From contig CM114271.1 of the NCBI GenBank assembly GCA_050084515.1, positions 49,848,001 to 49,912,000 of the forward strand: 64,000 bases of DNA. The letters are read 5' to 3'. Both the position numbers and the translations under genes were made by a program. Of the stretch, positions 56,299-64,000 are shown piece after piece. The notes under the pieces are model-generated. The model searched no databases, was not told the origin of the DNA, and saw nothing but the letters and a program-made list of their open reading frames with translations. The DNA comes from Blasia pusilla (Eukaryota). Within the stretch, counting starts at the first letter, position 1; every line of letters starts with the position of its first letter.

Positions 56299-57883
56299 AA
56301 AGTAAGATCCAATGTCTCTCTACACCATCTCACACCATAGCTCTCAAAGGTGTGCACTCTCTCTCATGTCAAACCAAACCCACTCTCCTAATGAGAGGCT
56401 TGGGTTTCACTCAAAAGGCAAGGGACCATAGCTCCGGTGCCTCATGCCAAGAGGTTCAACAAAGAGAGAATGAGCTCTCAAGCTCTCTCTCCTTGAGGTA
56501 TACCCCTCCCCTCTCCCAAGCTCTCTCCATGGTAACCTATTCTCCCAAGTCACCTCCTTGGCTCTTGACCTGATGTAGGAGGTCAAGGGCCACTTATCAA
56601 AAATAGAAAGTTGATCATATACTCAAATGGTACTTACCTAAAATAGTAAGTTCCTCAACATGGCTCCAAATGAGCCGAAACGAAGGGGAAACCTGCTCTC
56701 TCAGGTTTCTTGGGGCCTTAGCACGTCATCCTTGACCTATTGAGCGTGTCCTCCACTGCTCACAAAGGCGCTCTACTAGATCTCACCGATCTATCCAAAA
56801 AGACATGATATAGTAGATTGGATCGCCTCAAAAAAAAATAAAATTTGATGACCCAAAAAGTTCAAGTAGGCATGATTCTTCGAAGATCTTCCTTTCCCTA
56901 GAATCAGCATTTTTCAGGAATTATGTCTAAAGAATGAGTGATGGCATGAAGGAATAGTTCCTACAACCAACCAATCTCTAGATGATCCTACCCTAGAAGT
57001 CAGCTTTAATTTTCTAAAACCGATCATATGTTTTGAGGATGATTCTAGAGAGAAGCCATTGGTTACATGACTTTTTTCATGCAATTGATTAAATTCTTGT
57101 AAGATTATGTAGTTAATGATTGCTTAAATGACCTCCATATCATGCAACCTATTATTTGGTTGCATTATATCCACATTATATAGTTGATAATTTTTTGGAT
57201 TAATATATAGGAAATTGATTGATTATAGGGAAAAGATCCTCCTCCCAAATTAAACTAAAAAATTTAAATTTTAAAATGAAATTGGAGATGAATAGTATAT
57301 AGATAGGGGGAACTAAAAAGAGACGTGATGAATCTTTTCAAAACTTGTACAATCAATAGCTTACTAATTGATTAAAATTCCAAGAACTAAATAGCAATAA
57401 AAAAGTAATGAAAGAATTGAAATTTAATCTATTCCTTCTTCTTTTTCATTCTCTGTTTAGCTTAGTATAGGAAAAAATAATAATGTGAAAGAGGCTTCAC
57501 ACATGGCATGAGGAGAGAACTTGACAAAAATATACTAACACGCTCGATAGTATAATTGGGAAGAGGGGTTAATGTAACAGCTTTCTCTAAATGGATCTCT
57601 TTATGTTATTATGTGAATTTGGAATTGATGAGTATAATCTCAATCCCTACAAGATTCATAATAAAAGAACTTCTTTAAGGTGTTCTCCTTTTCAAATGAA
57701 AAAAAATCAAATCAAAATTTGTTACTTAGACTCGATTATATATAAATACTTATATACAATTTTTTTCCAACTTAAGGGATCCCTTATTAACTTTTTCTCA
57801 ATTGAAATTTTTAGAAATGATTTTATTGAATATTTTCAGATCCAACAATTCATTGTGGTACCGACCATTAAACTAGTCTAATT

Positions 57884-58313
57884 TGTCACATCTTTTAGGA
57901 TAGACTGGTGAGATCTAGTAGAGTGCCTTCAAGGATACTAGAGGAAAAGCTCAAGAGGTCGAAGATGATATTTTGAGGCCATGGATAACTTGAGAGAGTA
58001 GGCTTTCCCTTCGTTTTGACTCATTTGAAGCCATATAGAGTAACTTACTATTTGGAGTAAGTTACTATTATTAGTATAGTTGACTTTCCACTTTGGGGAA
58101 GCCAACTATACTAATACATAGTCTCCTACAGCATGTCAAGAGCCAAGGAGGTGACCTGCGAACATAGATTACCGTGGAGAGAGTTAGGGAGAGGGAATTG
58201 GGTATACCCAAAGAGAGGGAGCTTGAGAGCTCATTCTCTCTTTGTTGAACCTTTTGACATAAGGTAGTGGAGCTATGATCCTCCTTGCCCTGTGCGTGTA
58301 AGCCAAGCCTCTC

Positions 58314-58397
<84 letters not shown>

Positions 58398-58577
58398 GTG
58401 TGCACCGTGGAGAGACCATTGTTGTGAGAGTGTTACTTGATTTATTGGAGATATTTTGTTACTTATGGTGTTGATGTTTGGATGGAATGAGTCAGGATGG
58501 GATTGTGTGTGTATGTGTGTGTGTGTGTCTTAGGTAATGACGATGTATGTTGTGTAGCGATGTGTATATGCACGACA
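57884..58577 (+). mobile_element. Solo A-B unit (solo-LTR equivalent) of the copy 1/3/4 subfamily
   Basis: TGTCACATCTTTTAGGATAG...GCACGACA, collinear with 3103-3745. Flanks AATT (57880-57883) and AATC (58578-58581) form a 4-bp TSD with one mismatch. Confidence 0.88.
58317..58395. repeat. (GA)n microsatellite inside the solo unit
   Basis: Pure GA run at a position where the other copies have only a short GAGAGA. Confidence 0.95.
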
Positions 58578-58706
58578 AATCAATGAATGATTATTGTAGT
58601 GTTACTAGCCTAGTTGCGAAGACAATTGTCACATTTTTTCATGGAGTTCAAACTTGTTTGCAAGCATATCACCATTTAGACACACCGTAAGATACAAAAT
58701 TAATAA

Positions 58707-58887
58707 TCTATATCTATATACTAATTAGAGGATGCAATTTTGTGAAACTGCCCCTATGTTTGACATGTGTTACTAAACTTCCCTAAAAATACTTTTGTCA
58801 TCTTAACGGAGTCTGAAAATTGATAAAGAGAATGAAGTTGTTAATGAAGGGCCGTGCATCGCAGGGTCTCTTGCGGGTCCTAACTAG
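58707..58887 (+). mobile_element. Possible short non-autonomous Helitron
   Basis: A|TCTATATCTATATACTAATTAGAGGATG start, GC-rich imperfect hairpin CCGTGCATCGCAGGG near the end, CTAG|T end. Related strings at about 25770-25913 and, inverted, at about 59340-59380. Confidence 0.45.
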
Positions 58888-60812
58888 TTGAAATTAATAG
58901 ATGTAATTCATGTAAAATGCATTTGTAAGGTATCCTTATAATGTGTGGGTGTAAGTAAGCATATTTTCCAACCCGTGCATTGTAAGTTCTTATTGCCCCA
59001 GAAGATTTTCTGTCTGTAATATGATTTATTTTTCTTTATGGTCAAAACTCATATGTCAATCAGATAAGTGTTTGAAAATCAAAACGATATTCTCATAAAA
59101 ACCTTAAGTTAAAAAAATTGTGTTTCCATTTGAATAATTTCTTCCTTGCCTATTCTGCAATGTGTCATGAAAAGAGTATAGACCAATCTATACTATTAAA
59201 CATTAGCATAGTGCATGTGCTATGCATGGATGAAAGTCACCCATGAGAAAAGACATTTCCCTCGTTAATTTAAGTTTGGCTCTTCTTTTAATTTAGTTCT
59301 TGTGGTATATGTGTCATCACATGAGGAGTCCAAAATGTACACGAGAAAAAGGGATCCTCGAACCCCATCCTCTCTTAATCATAAAGATAATTGTTGTTTC
59401 ACATAAACTTACTCCATGTATTAACAACTGCCCTTTGAAGACTTTTAATTGAGAGATTCATGTAGACGAAAAGTGGGGTAGATCGAAAGCAAGAAAAAAG
59501 CATTTGTCCCGATCACCCCTTCATGGATATGAAAGGTGGAGGGAGTAGAACCGAATCCAATTTCACGCACATAGATCATGGTATGATATGGGCGAATGCA
59601 ATGTTAACTTAACTGCTACGGGTACACCCCACATCACATCGCTACGCCCTTGCTAAGAACCCAAACATCTGGAAATGAGAGTGATATAGAGGGCACCTAA
59701 GCTCATTCATATGGGCCGAATGATGAACTCGGTCTACAGAGGACAGAAATGATGAACCTCTATATATCTATATTTTTATGGGAGAGTGCCTTCTTGGTTT
59801 ACAAACATTTCTCTCTATGACACGTGTCAATTGGGTCGAAAAAAATGTGTCTAGAATATGTTTCATACGCTACGAACAGAAAAAAAAAGATTCAAATTTG
59901 TGTGCATCATCATAAGTCGGGCTGCACACTAGAAAACTCTTCAAACACTTCTATATACCCTCTGCGATGCACGGGCACCTTACTAGTATGCATGATGTAA
60001 AACCCATCCGACAAACAAGAGAAGGGGACCCAAAGAGGCAAGTATCCGAAGGTCACAACCGGCCTTGTAAAAGAAGAAGGGGGCATTCCCCCTTTTGGAC
60101 TAGACTCACCAACAACAAACACAATTGATAATAAACTGATTGTGGGTGTGGACATTGAACTCGACGAGAAAACTTCAATGCCGCTCTACTCTGGATCTCG
60201 GATGGAAGGACGTGACACAATCGGGTGTGTGGACCTGACCTGAGTGGTTCTCATGAAGTATCACGATTATCCCTCTCCTGAGCTGCCTGGGGAGTACAGA
60301 ACACCTCCTAAACCCTAAACATCTGAACGAATTCCCGCGTCTAGTCCATGCGAAGGCAGGAATATCGACTCCGAGCAGGTGAAACGGAAGCTTCTGGGCA
60401 CCTCGAAGAAGCAAGATCGGTCCACCTGTGGGTGCCAGGAGGGAGAGTTGTCACTGTTCCCGGACCAGCATCATCGTATGAAGGTTGTCCATCATGCGGC
60501 GCGGACGGTGGACAGAGGCGACACAAATGGCTTTGGCTACGAAGGTCTTCTTCCCATGTAGAAGTAAACTATGTCGATAAATCTGCGAAGGCTTTTTTCA
60601 CTCGTCGAGCCCACCGCTCGCGTTGAATTGTTCCACGTCCAGGCTTTCGTGCTTGATTAGCTGCATCGCCGAGGACCCGTTGTGTCGTGAGAACCGCGTT
60701 CCATCTGTTGCCACACGGGTTACTCCGCTGACCTGGTGAATCATGTCTGCGTCTTGTGTGATCATTAAATTTCTCCGATCTGTTACCCTAGTTGACCCTA
60801 AGCGTGGAGAAA

Positions 60813-61733
60813 TCAGCAGGCAGCACCGTGCCGGTATCCCTTATCCCTGAAGAACCTGGAAGGTCTCTTGGGTGCTGTATTCACCATCGCCCGCAACCTG
60901 TTCCACAGGTTGATCTTCTGCGGACTCCATTTCAATCGCACTTGCTTGTGGAGCTCATCATCTACCCAGACCTTCAAATGCAGGTGAGGCGTGTTCCTGT
61001 AAGTCCCATGGTTGAGAATCATGGACTTGAAGGGAAGCGAGTCGTTCCTCAAGGCCCTCACCGCTACGCTCCAAAGAGCAAAGAGTTCGTCATCTTCAAG
61101 ATCTGCCATCCTCTCAACATGACGCAGAGGAGTGATCACAAATCCTGCTCTCGCTTTTGCATCCACCGAACACTGCACATGGGCCTGATCCTTGAACTCA
61201 GGAAGTATGCATTCGCCAGCAGTGATGAGTGTCCCAGTGCCGGGATACAATGAAGCTTCTGCGAAGCATGAAATGCAACTCCCGGGGGATATCATAGCAG
61301 GGCCTTCTCTCTCTTCGCCATAGAACACCTCTACAACAAACTGATCCTTTTGGTTCCTGATTTTCAAGTGGTAGTCTACTAAACCTCGCTTGTCCTCCAA
61401 CTCTCTGAGAATTTCCTTAAAGAACCGAACCACATCTTTCTCCGAGTTGGCCTCCACAAATCGGCAGAAGTTAGACATCGGCAGACCCGTGACCTCGAAC
61501 CGAATTCCCCCGTTGTAGTCGATGGGTTTCCATTGTGACAAACTCGGTAGGTTCTCTTCTAATTTAGGTTTCTTGTTCGGGCTACTGTCATTGCTTCCAA
61601 AGTCCCCGCTCACTTCCTCTTGAGTTTCCTTCTCGTTCCGCTTCAACATTTCTTCGCGGTTTTCGTCGAGGGCCTCCACACGATGAGAAGCGCTGGAAAT
61701 TGATGCGGGCTGAACAATGGTGGGGCTCCCCAT
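60813..61733 (-). CDS. Intronless protein of about 306 aa with a C-terminal HIT-like (histidine triad fold) domain
   Basis: Open frame from ATG at 61733. CISC, then ..DAKARAGFVITPLRHVERMADLEDDELFALW..MILNHGTYRNTPHLHLKVW, matching the HIT pattern LVIPKRH...DL...E...N.G....PHLHxH. Confidence 0.75.
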   Translation of the reverse strand: MGSPTIVQPASISSASHRVEALDENREEMLKRNEKETQEEVSGDFGSNDSSPNKKPKLEENLPSLSQWKPIDYNGGIRFEVTGLPMSNFCRFVEANSEKDVVRFFKEILRELEDKRGLVDYHLKIRNQKDQFVVEVFYGEEREGPAMISPGSCISCFAEASLYPGTGTLITAGECILPEFKDQAHVQCSVDAKARAGFVITPLRHVERMADLEDDELFALWSVAVRALRNDSLPFKSMILNHGTYRNTPHLHLKVWVDDELHKQVRLKWSPQKINLWNRLRAMVNTAPKRPSRFFRDKGYRHGAAC

Positions 61734-62215
61734 TTCAGAAAATTTCCTCTCTTCCGCTTGATGCCGCAAACTTCCACCAAAACATGGACACACAAGAAAC
61801 AGAAGCGCTTCTGTGTTTCCCTCTCGACTGTGTCAGTTCCGCATAGAAGGAAAAGCAATGCATTTTCTTGCAAGAAAATGCATTTTCACTCTTGGCGCGT
61901 TGAAATGTCCACCGAGAACATAGAATTGAGTAGGAGTTATGAGGCCTTTACGGCCACTCACTTGAGTCCGGAGGGGTAACGGCTGAAACCGGAGGAGGGC
62001 CGCTGCCGGTCTACTGCTTAGGACCGTAGGTCCCATGGGCTACGTAGTCGTGGCGACTATGCAGATGGTCCCCAGAATTTTTTCATCTCATGGTCCCGAT
62101 CACACCACGCATATGGGACGTCCCAATGGTTTGTGATGCACAAAGGCAGGGCGTTAGTCGTTGGGACACTCACTACCTACGATTCCCAATAATGGAGTCG
62201 CGGACGGACAAGTGG

Positions 62216-62650
62216 AGAAAGAGGGGAATTGAAAGACGGGGGAAGGGGAAAGAGGGGAACTAAAAGACGGGGGAAGGGGGAAGAGTTCACTTCAAATTCT
62301 TGCACCGTGCAACTTGAATTCTTTGCTGCAGGATGTGCAATTCTTGGAAATCCACCGCCACGAACAAAGGGAGTTGGATAGGGTGGCGTGTCAGCAAGTT
62401 TGATCAGGTGTTGTCCAATTTCCTTGCTGCAATGCGATTTGAATTCTTGCTATAGGATGTGCAATTCTTGGAAACCCACCGCGCTTAACGAGATTTTAGC
62501 CTCAACGCATATGGAATTGGAGTCGGTATTATGATTGCGCTTCATTTGAAGCTTTCATCTGGTGCTCAAATTTTTTTGTTAGTTTAGGCCGCGGAGTTGG
62601 ATAGGGTTGTGTGTCAGCAAGTTCGATTAGGTGCAGTCCAATTTCCTTGC
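62216..62650. repeat. Cluster of short direct duplications
   Basis: GAGGGGAA..AAAGACGGGGGAAGGGG twice (about 62220-62283); TTGAATTCTT..AGGATGTGCAATTCTTGGAAA.CCACCGC twice; GGAGTTGGATAGGGT..GTGTCAGCAAGTT..CCAATTTCCTTGC twice. Confidence 0.75.
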
Positions 62651-62799
62651 CTTCTCGAAGTCTTTTCAAATTTTGTTCACGTCAATTTTTGTTAGTGGCT
62701 CAAAGATCGGTCCCATGTGCATAATACTCAAAATTGGAGGCAAATAGTAGAGGAAATCAATAGAACTTCACAAGAACTTCACCGACTCTCAACGATTTC

Positions 62800-64000
62800 T
62801 CACTCTCTTGAGTGTGAAGACGGTAGTTACAAAATCGAGTAAGCAGCTTGTTGTAGGCCGAGAAGATTCAGACTTTATGCGGATGAGAATCCTGAACTCG
62901 ATTGGGGATGAATGTATTCTTCAGCAGATTAGTCAACAGTCTCAATCTCAAATCTGTAAGTTAGAAATCTCTTCGCCACTCCATCACTGACCCACAGCTC
63001 GCTCATCGCGCTTGTGTAATAAGTTCATAACAAAGACGGGATCACAATGCTATGAATCTTGAATGTAGCGACGAAGCTGGGGTAGAGATGATTAGAGATA
63101 GAAAAGCGATCCAGACCTTACAGACATGTGCTTATTGAGTGGCTCATTTTCTGGATCTGCCTCACATTGCGAACATTGAAAATTGTGACTCTTTATAACT
63201 TTCCAGCTCACAAAACCACTCTAGAGTTGCTCAAAGTTAGAATGCCCCTCAAGGCCTCTTCTCTTCTTTTATACACTTAGAGATAGGTACAATGAAGACA
63301 AATTAGCTCTACCTATCCTTATGCCACGTATTTTATTCTCATACCATAAGAGGATCTTCTTTGGACTCTAATGTCCCTACCTCATCGAAAGGGCCAGGGC
63401 ATTGTCAGACCAAAAAAGAGAGGATTTGAGCGTTATTTAAGAAATCATGTGAAAAACATGATCGCCGAAAGTTCAAGGATTTATGCGTTCAGTCAATCTA
63501 CGCAGAGCGTTTCTTCCAATGCATCGATAGTTCTTTGGCGCGCCAGAGTTAAGCCTCCGGACCTCAAGAGCTTGCTCCAACCTCATCCTTATCTTACTTT
63601 TCACCAACCTATGGCCCCACTTTCACCTTTATCTCATGTTGGTTGTCTTTACTCTTTTTTCTTGCTTCTTTCATACTTATGCGCTACATGTCATAGGCTC
63701 TAATTTAAGTTTGACTAACAAATCATGGTTACAAACCTCCCCCCAATTAAGACACAACGTCCTCATTGTGAGAACTTTCAAACTCTTGCACTATTAATGG
63801 TGCGTTGGCCAAGTTGGTTGAGGGTTGCCATGTGGCCTCAGATATTCGATATCTTCTCCATAAGACCAAGTATTCAACTCGTTAGTGATAAGCTCCTTGA
63901 GTGCGTTTCTTCAAGATATGTTTCACTTCAAATTCTTCGTGATCTCCTACTATTTGAGGAAGTACATGGTGGGGGGAAAATATTGTCCTCAAACCTTTTA
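62800..64000 (-). mobile_element. 3' end of a chromovirus-type Ty3/gypsy (chromodomain, PPT, 3' LTR from 63733); left LTR boundary uncertain
   Basis: Minus-strand translation of about 63770-63970: EEFEVKHILKKR...VEYLVLWRRYRISEATWQPSTNLANA (chromodomain). Then PPT GGGGGGAGG (63744-63736), 2 nt, and TGTAACC at 63733. Confidence 0.82.

Larger units (their letters stand above)
45101..56810 (-). mobile_element. Complete Ty3/gypsy retrotransposon copy 4 carrying DNMT and PHD domains, with split/permuted terminal repeats
   Basis: Perfect 4-bp TSD TAGT (45097-45100 and 56811-56814). A1 56299-56810, B1 45743-45870, spacer 45741-45742, A2 45229-45740, B2 45101-45228. Purine tract 45871-45880. Confidence 0.95.

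Overview
Repeat-rich plant genomic DNA with spliced genes; a bryophyte or other early-diverging land plant is plausible but is only an inference. Three host genes are visible: an 8-exon TFIIE-alpha (26675-29718, +), a 3-exon LRR-III-type receptor-like kinase (36719-39679, -) and an intronless HIT-like ORF (60813-61733, -). The rest is mostly decayed transposons: a CACTA element, a Ty1/copia remnant, the 3' end of a chromodomain Ty3/gypsy, and four copies plus a solo unit of an unusual Ty3/gypsy group. In that group the polyprotein order is Gag-PR-[C5 cytosine methyltransferase]-RT-RNaseH-DDE integrase-PHD finger. The two complete copies (8719-18345 and 45101-56810, each with a 4-bp TSD) lack ordinary LTRs. 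They read A1-[self-complementary PBS]-internal-[PPT]-B1-NN-A2-B2, with the CA/TG integrase ends facing each other inside the PPT-to-PBS repeat, 2 nt apart. This is the layout expected if a self-primed cDNA (BA-internal-BA) is circularised and then opened by integrase at an internal att junction. The layout is seen directly; the mechanism is inference.
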